Part shown: positions 40,230 through 49,159 of the stretch, in pieces
How the letters are laid out: each line of letters starts with the position of its first letter
Numbering within the stretch: the first letter of the stretch is position 1
Virus record (IMG/VR): IMGVR_UViG_3300047669_002431
Span: 1 to 59,021 of that record
DNA: 59,021 nucleotides
Source of the DNA: a virus
Taxonomy: Duplodnaviria > Caudoviricetes
Strand: one strand, 5' to 3'
Notes under the pieces: model-generated
The model's input: the letters and a program-made list of their open reading frames with translations, nothing else
Database searches by the model: none
Told to the model about the DNA's origin: nothing
Program-made: the position numbers and the translations under genes

Positions 40230-40640
40230 GTTTTAGCTACTGTCCTTTTTTTTCCTTAGTAAGCGTTAAGACACGGTTGCCCACTCTAAGTTAAAAAACT
40301 TAGTGATACGTAACATACTCCCGTTTCAACCCTTCGCAACACTTTATGTGCTTTCGGCGTCTTTTCGCCTAGCTCGCGAGCAGTATGTTATAATTTATGT
40401 TTCCTTGTTAATAAGCGGTGGGGTTTTTCTTATTGGCTACCGTCCTTTTCCTTTAGCAAAGTATGAAGTTTCCGGTTTCTCTATTACGAGATACTAATCT
40501 CAACGCCGTGCGCTCCCGAAGTAACGTGAAGGTTATTAGCCTTACTTGATTAGTGCCTTTTAACGGGCTTGTGGTGAACTTATCAGTGTGTATATCGCAC
40601 TAAGTCACCGCGTTAACAAAGATCAATTTCACGAAGGATG
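40230..40640. other. Structured non-coding region at the divergent strand switch (candidate ncRNA or replication origin)
   Basis: Multiple inverted repeats and a direct repeat spaced 200 nt; no credible ORF. Confidence 0.55.
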
Positions 40641-40706
40641 TTATTATTATACTCTAGAGTCAAGGATAAAAAAAATCTTGACCCAAATATATAAAAAAGT
40701 TAAAGT
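40635..40706. promoter_or_regulatory. Back-to-back divergent sigma70 promoters
   Basis: + strand TTGACC(40678)-17-TAAAGT; - strand TTGACT(40663)-17-CATCCT (weaker -10). Confidence 0.6.
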
Positions 40707-40737
40707 CGTTTCACTTTAGAAAATTAAAAAATAAATT

Positions 40738-40968
40738 ATGAGTAAAAAAGGTAGAAAACCAGTAATGTTTGATTGGCCTGAGAAGGACTTCACCGCAGAA
40801 GATATTCAAAAGTCTCTTGCAGGAAAGCTCTCCCGCGTATCAATTCACACCAAAATTAATAACGGTCTTAAAGCCGGAGAATTAACTTTGGTAAAGAAAA
40901 TTAAACCAGCGCTCGGGCGTCCCCGCTCCGTTTACAGTCGAGTTAAAAGCTGTATCACCCAAGGGTGA
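40738..40968 (+). CDS. Small winged-HTH DNA-binding protein
   Basis: FTAEDI...LSRVSIH...LGRPRSVY. Confidence 0.6.
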   Translation: MSKKGRKPVMFDWPEKDFTAEDIQKSLAGKLSRVSIHTKINNGLKAGELTLVKKIKPALGRPRSVYSRVKSCITQG

Positions 40969-41372
40969 TGGAAAGGATTTCTTGGGAAGAGTACGCTTTA
41001 GCTTTAGCTAGAATTGCGTCTCTCCGGAGTGAAGACCCTTATGTAAAAGTAGGAGCTTGCGCTCTTCGCCGCGACAACAGCGTGGCTGGAGTTGGCTACA
41101 ACGGAGCTCCTCCGTCTTTAGAGATAGATTGGGAAGATCGCGACGAAAGGCGCAAAAGGGTAATTCACGCAGAAATAAATGCGTTGCGCTACGCTCATCC
41201 TGACGAGTGCTACCTTTTAGCTTGCACCCTTTTACCTTGCAATGACTGTTTGAAGACTATAGCTTCATACGGAATTAAAAAGCTTGTCTTCGGGGAAGAG
41301 TATGATAAAGACCTCTCCTCTTTAGATTTAGCTAATGAGTTTGGGATAGAGCTAGTAACATTTACCGATTAG
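40968..41372 (+). CDS. dCMP deaminase
   Basis: RSEDP..KVGA, GYNG, HAEINAL, PCNDC. Confidence 0.92.
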   Translation: MERISWEEYALALARIASLRSEDPYVKVGACALRRDNSVAGVGYNGAPPSLEIDWEDRDERRKRVIHAEINALRYAHPDECYLLACTLLPCNDCLKTIASYGIKKLVFGEEYDKDLSSLDLANEFGIELVTFTD

Positions 41373-41393
41373 GAACCGCAACGTACCTCTCTA

Positions 41394-41873
41394 ATGGAAA
41401 TACTAATTAAAAAAACTCACCCCGAAGCTGCCGTCCCGACTCAAGCCACTGAAGGGGACGCTGGCTACGATCTATACTCCCTTGACGAGATCACTCTTAC
41501 CCCTCTTGCTCGGACCGTAGTCAAGACCGGCATCTCCTTAGCTATCCCGATGGGGTTTTATGGTCGAATTGCTCCTCGTAGCGGTCTAGCAGTAAAGAAG
41601 GGACTGGATGTTTTAGCGGGCGTAGTTGACTCCGGTTACCGAGGCGATGTTGGAGTAGTTCTCATCAACCTTTCTAGCGAGACCGTATCTTTAGATAAGA
41701 AATCTAAAGTGGCTCAGCTGATTATAGAGCAGTGCCTCGACGTGGAATGGGTAGAGTCGGAAGACCTTTCTGAGTCTCGAAGGGGAGAAGGGGGCTACGG
41801 AAGCTCCGACGAGGCCCCTGCGAGCTTAGGAGCCCCGCGTCCTGTCCAAATCCACTCCCTTAATAATCCATGA
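41394..41873 (+). CDS. dut: Trimeric dUTPase
   Basis: AGYDL, PRSGLA, GVVDSGYRG, AQLI, RGEGGYGSS. Confidence 0.96.
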   Translation: MEILIKKTHPEAAVPTQATEGDAGYDLYSLDEITLTPLARTVVKTGISLAIPMGFYGRIAPRSGLAVKKGLDVLAGVVDSGYRGDVGVVLINLSSETVSLDKKSKVAQLIIEQCLDVEWVESEDLSESRRGEGGYGSSDEAPASLGAPRPVQIHSLNNP

Positions 41874-42229
41874 TTTTAGAGATATTAAATATTTCTTTAG
41901 GCCTTTGTTTTATTTTAATAATCTGGTTTAAAACTAATGCTTTTTGTGAGTATTTAGAATATTTTCATTTTGAACGTTATTTTCTTATACGCTCTTACTA
42001 TAAAGAAAGAGGGAAGATGGTAAATAATTTACATTATACAGATTTTTTATTAATTAAAAAAAATTCTTTTTTCATAAGACTAATTACATGCCCTATTTGT
42101 TTGGGCGTATGGTTAAACGTCGGGTGCGGTGTTCTTTTTGGTTTCGAAGATTTTTTTATTAAATTTTTCCTTTCTACTTCTTTATATTATATTTATAGTA
42201 TTTTACTTAATGAATCTTATGCCGATTAA
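41870..42229 (+). CDS. Membrane protein with CPxCxGVW motif (DUF1360-like)
   Basis: Hydrophobic segments; LITCPICLGVW. Confidence 0.6.
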   Translation: MILEILNISLGLCFILIIWFKTNAFCEYLEYFHFERYFLIRSYYKERGKMVNNLHYTDFLLIKKNSFFIRLITCPICLGVWLNVGCGVLFGFEDFFIKFFLSTSLYYIYSILLNESYAD

Positions 42230-42509
42230 TATAAATAGCTACGTTCAATTCCTTAACGTAATTGACAATCAGGCGACGGTCAATATGACTAACAACTCTT
42301 ACATTAAAGAGCTAAAAGAGTGTAAAAACTCCGAAAGCCGAGCTTGCTGCACTCAGCAGAGGACCATCTCTAAAAACTGTAACCACAAGCTCTACGCAAT
42401 CTTAGACGAAGCTGTAACTAACGACCATGACCTTAAATCTCAAATAAAGAGAGCATTTGATAACCATGAGATTATTTTTAGCCTTGACGGGAAGGATATT
42501 ACCTTGTAG
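42219..42509 (+). CDS. Hypothetical protein
   Basis: Likely start MPINI at 42219, overlapping the previous gene. Confidence 0.55.
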   Translation: MPININSYVQFLNVIDNQATVNMTNNSYIKELKECKNSESRACCTQQRTISKNCNHKLYAILDEAVTNDHDLKSQIKRAFDNHEIIFSLDGKDITL

Positions 42510-42526
42510 GGGCCCAACATTAAAGA

Positions 42527-42554
42527 TTGACTCAAAAGAATAAGTCATTATACT
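42527..42554 (+). promoter_or_regulatory. sigma70-type promoter
   Basis: TTGACT-16-TATACT upstream of ATG 42580. Confidence 0.6.
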
Positions 42555-42579
42555 GAGTCTTTAGTTAGTTAATATATAT

Positions 42580-42876
42580 ATGAAAAATACAACCACAAAG
42601 AAAAAAATGCCAAGAACTCCAGCCGAAAACGATGTGTTAAGCCGTCCCCGGAAAAGCCGCTCGAAGAAAAAAAAGGCCTCCTCCACGTTAGATAAAATTA
42701 CGGAAGTAAGGACGGGGTACGCGAGATTAGCTTTAATGTTAGTCTTAGCTAATCTTTTCCTTACGGGCTACGTGGTCAGTAGGATTAGTAGTCTTCAGAG
42801 CGAGGCTGAAACTGACGTCTTAAACCTCGATAAACCTACCGCTACGCCTAGCGAGCCTACTGGAGGTGGTATTTAA
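42580..42876 (+). CDS. Basic N-terminal, single-TM membrane protein
   Basis: K/R-rich N-terminus, then LALMLVLANLFLTGYVV. Confidence 0.65.
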   Translation: MKNTTTKKKMPRTPAENDVLSRPRKSRSKKKKASSTLDKITEVRTGYARLALMLVLANLFLTGYVVSRISSLQSEAETDVLNLDKPTATPSEPTGGGI

Positions 42877-42899
42877 ATCCGTCAACTTATTAATTCACG

Positions 42900-42924
42900 C
42901 CCCCATATATATGGGGGTTTTTTT
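42900..42924 (+). terminator. Rho-independent terminator
   Basis: CCCCCAT-ATAT-ATGGGGG hairpin followed by T7. Confidence 0.85.
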
Positions 42925-42935
42925 ATATTTTTTTA

Positions 42936-43859
42936 ATGAAAGGAGCTATAGTCACGGTCTTTAGCAAGCGGAGAGAAAGATATCTTCCGGTTTACATACC
43001 TCGCTTACTTTCTTACCTCAAAAAGACTGATCAAGATTTAAAACTCATTATCTCTGAGCAGTCAGATTACGAAACTATTTTTAATTTTAATGTTTCTGCG
43101 AACGTCGGCTTAAGGGCGGCCTTCGAAAACCTTGAGTGTGATTACGCCGTCGTCGTAGGTCCTGACAACGTACCCTTGGAAGGCGTCGATTACTCATGGA
43201 AAGGAGTAAATGAAACGGCCTTCCTAATGTATGGCGGCTACAAAATTGACCGGAATTCATTTTACAAAAGTAACGGCAACAATGTATTCATGGGGTGGGG
43301 ATGGGGATGGCAAGACGTCGAATTCTATAATAGACTAGACTTTTACGGATTGCCTTATCAGCCTTGGTATCCAACCACGGAAGCTATAAATTCTAAAATC
43401 GTAGACCTATCCACTCGCCAAAACTCGCAAGAACTTTCCGTATCTGTCTGGAAGCAAGGACGCGGAGACGTTACCTTAGATCAAGTACCTAAGATCATAC
43501 CTCCACAGGAGGCGGATATTGAATTTGAGCCCTATACGGAAAACTATTGGTATTCTAATATAATTACCCAAGCGCATATTAATTTATCTCAAATAATCCT
43601 TGCGCTTCCAGCGGAATCCAGAGAGAGATATTATTCAGTGAGCGGATATAAAAGCATAAACATGGAAAGAGTTAATCATGAAATACATGATACTGTTAAT
43701 TATTTTAAGTACAACACGAGAGAAGTGTTCCAAGATCACGCTCACTACCCAGAGATTAAAATCCCAGTTTCTAAAAATATCTTAGAGAACAGCCCTAAAA
43801 TAAAAGATTTGGAATATCAATTAATTAATGGAAAAGTAGTTAAATTAGACTTCGTATAA
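42936..43859 (+). CDS. GT7-like (galactosyltransferase-type) glycosyltransferase
   Basis: R..YL...L, IISEQ..FN...NVG, FYKSNG..FMGWGWGWQDVEF. Confidence 0.6.
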   Translation: MKGAIVTVFSKRRERYLPVYIPRLLSYLKKTDQDLKLIISEQSDYETIFNFNVSANVGLRAAFENLECDYAVVVGPDNVPLEGVDYSWKGVNETAFLMYGGYKIDRNSFYKSNGNNVFMGWGWGWQDVEFYNRLDFYGLPYQPWYPTTEAINSKIVDLSTRQNSQELSVSVWKQGRGDVTLDQVPKIIPPQEADIEFEPYTENYWYSNIITQAHINLSQIILALPAESRERYYSVSGYKSINMERVNHEIHDTVNYFKYNTREVFQDHAHYPEIKIPVSKNILENSPKIKDLEYQLINGKVVKLDFV

Positions 43860-43860
43860 A

Positions 43861-43992
43861 ATGCCTAGAAAGAGTAATAATCGAGTGTCCGGAAAGGGGG
43901 ATAAAGCTCGAAGCTGTTATTCTAAAAAATTTAAAAATAATTACGCCAAAATAGACTGGGGAAGAAAGGGAAAAAGAATTAATAATCCATGA
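43861..43992 (+). CDS. 43-aa basic small protein, not in the ORF track
   Basis: MPRKSNNRVSGKGDKARSCYSKKFKNNYAKIDWG..., fills the gap between two genes exactly. Confidence 0.6.
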   Translation: MPRKSNNRVSGKGDKARSCYSKKFKNNYAKIDWGRKGKRINNP

Positions 43993-43993
43993 A

Positions 43994-45097
43994 ATGGATA
44001 AATTTTTATATAATAAAAAAATATTGCTCTACACAGGGTATCAAAACAAGGCTTGGTGTCCCAAGAGTTTTGAGAGCGAAGCTATAGGGGGAACTGAAAC
44101 GGCCATTTACAACCTTTCTAAATGCTTTAATGATCTAGGCTATGATGTAGTAGTAGGAGGAGACGTAGTTGAAGGGGACTACGAGGGAGTAAAATACAGA
44201 AGCCTTAATTCCCTTAGTAAAAATTTTCGCAAGGAGCACTTCAAGGCTATAATTGCTACTAGCTATGTCCATTATGTAAAAGAATTCTTTGATTTTAGTT
44301 TTGATAAATCTTTTTTTTGCGTTCACAATACTGAGTCTACCGGAGGGTGGTGGTATCCCCACTGGAAAGGGGGCAACCTAGGAAATGAGTGCTTGAATTT
44401 ATTAGAATCTAATAAAGTAACTAACGTCGTATGCTTAACGAATTGGCATAGAGATTTTTTTAAAGCCTCTTTCCCTTCCTTAGCTAATAAAGTCAGAGTT
44501 ATAGGGAACGGCTTCACCCCCAGCTTAGTCCCCTCCTCTTTAAATAAAGTTCCTCGCAGCTTTATTTACTCTTCCCATCCAGAAAGGGGATTAAAGCTAC
44601 TTTTATCTAATTGGCTCTTAATTAGAGATAAGAAAGAGGACGCTACTTTAAAAGTCTGCACGCCAGAATACGGCCTTCAATATTTTAAAGACTTAATAGA
44701 GCCCTTCCTTTACTTAAAAGATCATGGAGTGTCCTTTGTGGGAGCCGTAGATCAAAAAAGTTTATATAAAATTATATCTGAAAGCGAGTACTGGCTTTAC
44801 CCCACTCGTTACGAGGAGACTTATTGCATCACCGCTCTAGAGATGCAAGCCATGAAGACTTGCGTGCTTACATCTAATTACGGAGCGCTTAAAGACACTG
44901 TGGCTAATCGAGGTATTCTAGTGGAGCCAGAGGAGAATGATAATATTTTCTTTCTTCAATTTTTTAATAATTTTTTATATTTAGATCAGCAGAGTTACGA
45001 TAAGAAAAAAATAGTTGACCGAGCTTATGAGTGGAGCAAGTCTCAATCATGGAGTCATAGAGCTAAAGAGTGGGTTAAATTAATAGAGTTTAATTAA
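43994..45097 (+). CDS. GT4 glycosyltransferase
   Basis: IGGTETA, YSSHPERGL, YPTRYEETYCITALEMQA. Confidence 0.85.
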   Translation: MDKFLYNKKILLYTGYQNKAWCPKSFESEAIGGTETAIYNLSKCFNDLGYDVVVGGDVVEGDYEGVKYRSLNSLSKNFRKEHFKAIIATSYVHYVKEFFDFSFDKSFFCVHNTESTGGWWYPHWKGGNLGNECLNLLESNKVTNVVCLTNWHRDFFKASFPSLANKVRVIGNGFTPSLVPSSLNKVPRSFIYSSHPERGLKLLLSNWLLIRDKKEDATLKVCTPEYGLQYFKDLIEPFLYLKDHGVSFVGAVDQKSLYKIISESEYWLYPTRYEETYCITALEMQAMKTCVLTSNYGALKDTVANRGILVEPEENDNIFFLQFFNNFLYLDQQSYDKKKIVDRAYEWSKSQSWSHRAKEWVKLIEFN

Positions 45098-45128
45098 GTT
45101 TTAGAGTGTAATATATATTACGCTCTAT

Positions 45129-45656
45129 ATGATATCCAAAGTTATTTTAAATTTTATATTATTATGTTTCGCTTTTATAAGCTGCAGTTGCGGAGCTATT
45201 CACCAAGCTTACGAAAAGCAAGAGGTAAGGATAGCGAGACTTCAATTTAAAGACCCCCTTCACGTCCGGAGTTGCGGTCCGGGAGCTATACGCGACGCAT
45301 TAAATCCATTAGGAGTCAATGCGTCAATTAATGAAATAAGTCAGTCTATCCAGAAAAAAAATAGCCCATTTAAGTGCTTTATATCTATTTTTGAAAATGA
45401 TGCTAGGAAAATTACGTGGCCTTCAGAGATAGTTAAATTTATACAAACAGATAAGCTAGCTCAGGACTTAGAGATAGTAAAATTAGAAAATTCCAACCAA
45501 ATTAAAAAAGAAGATGTAATTATTTTTTTAATTAAGAAAAAATACTCTTTAAGGAATTACCACTGGATTTCTTACCCCACTTACTCCTTGGAGCAGGTTG
45601 ATGTTTTTTTTGGAGAAGACACTGAAATAGTTATTTTATACCGAATAAGAAGATAA
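45129..45656 (+). CDS. C39-like cysteine peptidase with signal or lipoprotein N-terminus (putative)
   Basis: SCGPGAI and HWI motifs; hydrophobic N-terminus; AGTGTA at 45105. Confidence 0.55.
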   Translation: MISKVILNFILLCFAFISCSCGAIHQAYEKQEVRIARLQFKDPLHVRSCGPGAIRDALNPLGVNASINEISQSIQKKNSPFKCFISIFENDARKITWPSEIVKFIQTDKLAQDLEIVKLENSNQIKKEDVIIFLIKKKYSLRNYHWISYPTYSLEQVDVFFGEDTEIVILYRIRR

Positions 45657-45683
45657 AGGTGAAATTCTAGTGTATCTAACTAT

Positions 45684-46364
45684 ATGCCTTTACCGAAGCC
45701 AGAAAAGAATCAGAAAAGAACGGACTTTGTTAATAGCTGCATGGACAACTCAGCTATGCTAAAAGAGTTTCCTGACAGTGAACAGCGTGCAGCCGTTTGT
45801 TATTCTCGGTTCGACAAGAAAGCTAAGGCTTCTATAACTGGGGATTTATCAGGGGAAATAGTCATTGATCTTACCCCCTTAATTAAAGCTAAAGAGATGG
45901 CGAGAAAGTCTATTAACGATTTACCTGATTCAGACTTTGCTTACATTCAACCCGGAGGCAAAAAAGAAGACGGCAAAACTGTTCCTCGCTCCTTACGCCA
46001 CCTCCCCATCCACGACGCCGCTCATGTAAGAAACGCTTTAGCCCGCCTTTCGCAAACTAAGATTTCACCAGACGCTAAAGCTAAAGCTCTTAAAAAAATT
46101 AAATCGGCAGCTAAAAAGTTTGGTATTAAAATGGCCGAAAGCGGGTCGAGCCATCGCTCTGAGCCTCTCGAAGAGCATTTTAAAGACATGAGAGATCGCT
46201 TACACTATAAGATGGACGAACAAGACTCTTATGACGCTAAACATGAAACGCTAAGAGAGTGGCGTGAGCATCACCAAGGTGCAATTAAAAATATCGATAA
46301 CGAGATAGCCAGTCTTAAAAAGGATAAAGGGGAAGACAAGCAAGACGTGAAGGACGAATCTTAG
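45684..46364 (+). CDS. Phage protein with LPDSDFA...LPIHDAAHVRNALAR domain (possibly head-associated)
   Basis: MPLPKP..FVNSCM..QRAAVCY module typical of phage proteins; AGTGTA 9 nt upstream. Confidence 0.6.
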   Translation: MPLPKPEKNQKRTDFVNSCMDNSAMLKEFPDSEQRAAVCYSRFDKKAKASITGDLSGEIVIDLTPLIKAKEMARKSINDLPDSDFAYIQPGGKKEDGKTVPRSLRHLPIHDAAHVRNALARLSQTKISPDAKAKALKKIKSAAKKFGIKMAESGSSHRSEPLEEHFKDMRDRLHYKMDEQDSYDAKHETLREWREHHQGAIKNIDNEIASLKKDKGEDKQDVKDES

Positions 46365-46885
46365 TCTTTCACCTTCCCTATAATTTCATCTTCATAAACT
46401 ATGCCGTACCACGACTCTTGGCGGTTATCGCCGATAACCCAGTATTCGTCGAGAGCAAGTGCAGCGTATTCTATCTCGTCATTTTCATAAACGTTTCCTC
46501 CTGTTTTCCAATTTTCAAGAGGCATCTTGTCGGGTCCCACTAAAAGCTGAGCCAGCCTAGTGTGAGAGAACTCGTCCCTCCAGATTTGGCCGTTTATATA
46601 AATTTCTCCGTTAATAATTTCTATCTTTTCCCCCGGTAAGCCTATAACTCTTTTCACTAAAAACCCATTATCTTCAAAGTCATAGAATACTATCACGTCT
46701 CCTCTCTGAGGGGGGTTAAACTTATATAGAGTTTTATCCACAAGTACAGTATCTCCATCCCCGTAAGTAGATTTCATGCTCTCCCCCTCTATCTTAAATT
46801 TTTTATACCCCCAATTAAGCATAAAACCAAAAACTAGCAGCAGAACAAGTAACCTAAAAAACTTATTTTTTAATAATTTTTCCAT
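46361..46885 (-). CDS. lepB: Signal peptidase I (S26)
   Basis: TM anchor, GESM (Ser), RGDVIVF, VKRVIGLPGE (Lys), GDNR; ATG 46885 lies 10 nt after AGTGTA. Confidence 0.9.
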   Translation of the reverse strand: MEKLLKNKFFRLLVLLLVFGFMLNWGYKKFKIEGESMKSTYGDGDTVLVDKTLYKFNPPQRGDVIVFYDFEDNGFLVKRVIGLPGEKIEIINGEIYINGQIWRDEFSHTRLAQLLVGPDKMPLENWKTGGNVYENDEIEYAALALDEYWVIGDNRQESWYGIVYEDEIIGKVKD

Positions 46886-46980
46886 TACTTTTAAATACAC
46901 TCAAGATGTCTCTATAACTTTTTTAAGTTTTAAAGTGTATACATATTAGACTCTTTTCAGTAAAAAGGGACTGTAAAAAT

Positions 46981-47211
46981 ATGATACATAATCTAAAAGA
47001 TAAAAAGCAAAAAGGAGGCTCAACACGAATGTTTGCGGACTTACAGAGTAAGTTTTTTTCATTCCTTATCGATCCAGTTTTTTGTGACGGATTTATATTG
47101 TTGTTGTTTGCTCTATCACTATGGGTTGGATGGTTTGGACCCTTCATGGCTATAGCGTGGGTCGCTCTCTTTTTAGGGGCGAGAAGGATAATATCTTATT
47201 TTAAAAAATAA
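46981..47211 (+). CDS. Small two-TM membrane protein
   Basis: Hydrophobic C-terminal half; AGTGTA at 46934 and a terminator downstream. Confidence 0.6.
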   Translation: MIHNLKDKKQKGGSTRMFADLQSKFFSFLIDPVFCDGFILLLFALSLWVGWFGPFMAIAWVALFLGARRIISYFKK

Positions 47212-47232
47212 ATAAATAAATAAATAAATATT

Positions 47233-47257
47233 AAGCGGGGCTTTCGCTCCGCTTTTT
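47233..47257 (+). terminator. Rho-independent terminator
   Basis: AAGCGGGGC-TTTC-GCTCCGCTT hairpin plus T tract, preceded by (AAAT)n. Confidence 0.8.
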
Positions 47258-47286
47258 ACTTTTTAAGTGTAGTTATATACGGTTGC

Positions 47287-47475
47287 ATGACTACTAAATT
47301 AGTTATAAATGGATTACCTGTTCACGTTCTAAAAAGAAAGGTAAAAATATTTGATGATGACGACTCGGTTTCGGATGATGAAGCTATGTTGTTAGTTAAA
47401 TATCTATACGATGAAGGATTTATAAACGGTCCGAACGTCAATTGCGAGATCATTGTTGATGACCATTTTGAATAA
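47287..47475 (+). CDS. Small hypothetical protein, paralogue of 31299..31505
   Basis: LVKYLYDEGFI; AGTGTA at 47266. Confidence 0.7.
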   Translation: MTTKLVINGLPVHVLKRKVKIFDDDDSVSDDEAMLLVKYLYDEGFINGPNVNCEIIVDDHFE

Positions 47476-48439
47476 CATCCATAAGCTCGAAGTATTTAAG
47501 TTTGAAGATGTTTTTATAGATTCTGAGGGTTTACATCTACCTAATCAATTCATGCCTTTTCAGGGGGCCCAATACCCCGATAAGTTTTCATCGCAGGAAA
47601 CTTTCCCAAGTAATTGTTTACTAAAAAATAAAGAGCGTAAGTTTACGAAGAGAAATGATCTCTCCTTTAAAGAGGCTTTTGATTTCCCTTTTAATCAGAA
47701 TCCTAACGTTTCTCCCGTATACGGCTTGAGCTGTAAAGGCCTTGATTTTGAATGCTACGGTTTAATGTGGTGGACTATCCAGCAGCTAAGAGCCTTTGAG
47801 AATTTTGATTGCGGCAAAAAAATTTTATTAAGAACGGGTAAGACCTATGTAAATAACCCTGATTTTCATTTTAATACTTTGGGATTTGACACAATTAGAG
47901 CGTTAAGACCAAATCGGTCTTATTATGTAAAAAAACTTTTCTACGCCGAGCCCAAACAACATCCGTGTCATTTTTCTCAGGAGGGCATTGAATGGATTCG
48001 CAAGAAGTACGTTCATCATAATAACGACATCGATCTAAGCAAAACTACCGAGAGACTTTACTTAAGTCGTAATAAATACTGGCGTAGATTCACCCTCAAC
48101 GAAGAAGATTTTGTTGATTTCCTAAGCGATAACGGTTTCAAGATTTTAGATGGGACAGAGAGTCAAAATGATCAGATTGAGCATTTTCGCAATGCAAAAA
48201 TAATAATTGCGCCCTCGGGTTCAATGCTGAAGAATACTATTTTCTGTGAAAAAGACCCTTTAGTTATAGAGGTAACTGGTAAAATTTCTAACGAAAAACA
48301 TGGGGCTTGGGAATTCGAAAAGAATGCTCTCGATTTTGGCCTTACAAATTATAAAAAAATTTTAGTAGACTCCGAGGAGGCGTACGACATACGTTTACCA
48401 ATCGAAAAAATAAAAGAAGCCTTAAAGCCTTTTTTCTAA
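47459..48439 (+). CDS. GT61/DUF563-family glycosyltransferase
   Basis: LYLSR...RR..LNEE, QIEHFRNAKIIIAPSGS..NTIF. Confidence 0.75.
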   Translation: MTILNNIHKLEVFKFEDVFIDSEGLHLPNQFMPFQGAQYPDKFSSQETFPSNCLLKNKERKFTKRNDLSFKEAFDFPFNQNPNVSPVYGLSCKGLDFECYGLMWWTIQQLRAFENFDCGKKILLRTGKTYVNNPDFHFNTLGFDTIRALRPNRSYYVKKLFYAEPKQHPCHFSQEGIEWIRKKYVHHNNDIDLSKTTERLYLSRNKYWRRFTLNEEDFVDFLSDNGFKILDGTESQNDQIEHFRNAKIIIAPSGSMLKNTIFCEKDPLVIEVTGKISNEKHGAWEFEKNALDFGLTNYKKILVDSEEAYDIRLPIEKIKEALKPFF

Positions 48440-48751
48440 TTCATTTAGGGATTTTATCTGTCCTAGTATACTCGTGGCATTTTCGTAACAGATTTTCCCC
48501 ACCTTAATTGTCTTAGGGTAATTATATTCCTTATCTATCCTTACGCCCTCCTCCGCGTCCTCCGGCGTTATAAAGTCGTCTACGTAATCGAACCAGCCCT
48601 TCCTCTTTAGAAGTTCGTAATAAAAATCTATTTTTTCTTTTTCGCTTTCTATTAAGATATCCATTTTTAAATCTTTTTTAGATATCATGGTAATAAAGCG
48701 AAAGTATAGACCCTCATCATAAGTCATGTCACTCAGTACAATTAAGTTCAT
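48422..48751 (-). CDS. Hypothetical protein
   Basis: 109-aa ORF with AGTGTA 9 nt upstream (48761-48766). Confidence 0.6.
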   Translation of the reverse strand: MNLIVLSDMTYDEGLYFRFITMISKKDLKMDILIESEKEKIDFYYELLKRKGWFDYVDDFITPEDAEEGVRIDKEYNYPKTIKVGKICYENATSILGQIKSLNELEKRL

Positions 48752-48778
48752 ATTAGTTATTACACTTTTTCATAATGC

Positions 48779-48814
48779 TTGACTTTTTTTTCTAAAATTG
48801 ATAACCTATCCTTA
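48779..48814 (+). promoter_or_regulatory. sigma70-type promoter, leaderless
   Basis: TTGACT-17-TAACCT-7 nt-ATG(48815). Confidence 0.7.
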
Positions 48815-49159
48815 ATGAAAGAAGATAGAAAAAAGTGTTCCGATCTTATGGAGGAAGCTAATATCCTAATGAAGTCGGTGGATTATTGGAATGAAAAGAT
48901 GAATTCCATAGTCAAAAAGTATGAAATTCTATTGTCAAAAGATCATCATAGCGTTCAAGAGCTTAAACGAATGGAAGCTCTAGACAGTGAAATAGATGTG
49001 TTATCTCACAGGTTAGACCTCGAATACTCTTCTATTCAAAGCATGGAAGGTAAAATCGAAAAGGAACTCATCTTAAATCAAGAAAAGAAAAATGATCTTA
49101 AAAAAACAAAAAAAAAAGGCAAAAATAAAAAGCCTAAAAAGCCTAAGAAACCTAAATGA
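48815..49159 (+). CDS. Coiled-coil protein with Lys-rich tail
   Basis: Start at 48815 supported by the promoter; KKPKKPKKPK tail. Confidence 0.65.
   Translation: MKEDRKKCSDLMEEANILMKSVDYWNEKMNSIVKKYEILLSKDHHSVQELKRMEALDSEIDVLSHRLDLEYSSIQSMEGKIEKELILNQEKKNDLKKTKKKGKNKKPKKPKKPK

Noticed and set aside
40303-40497. 64-aa ORF in the central intergenic region
   Set aside because: GTG start, no recognisable features, and it overlaps dense inverted repeats better explained by nucleic-acid structure.
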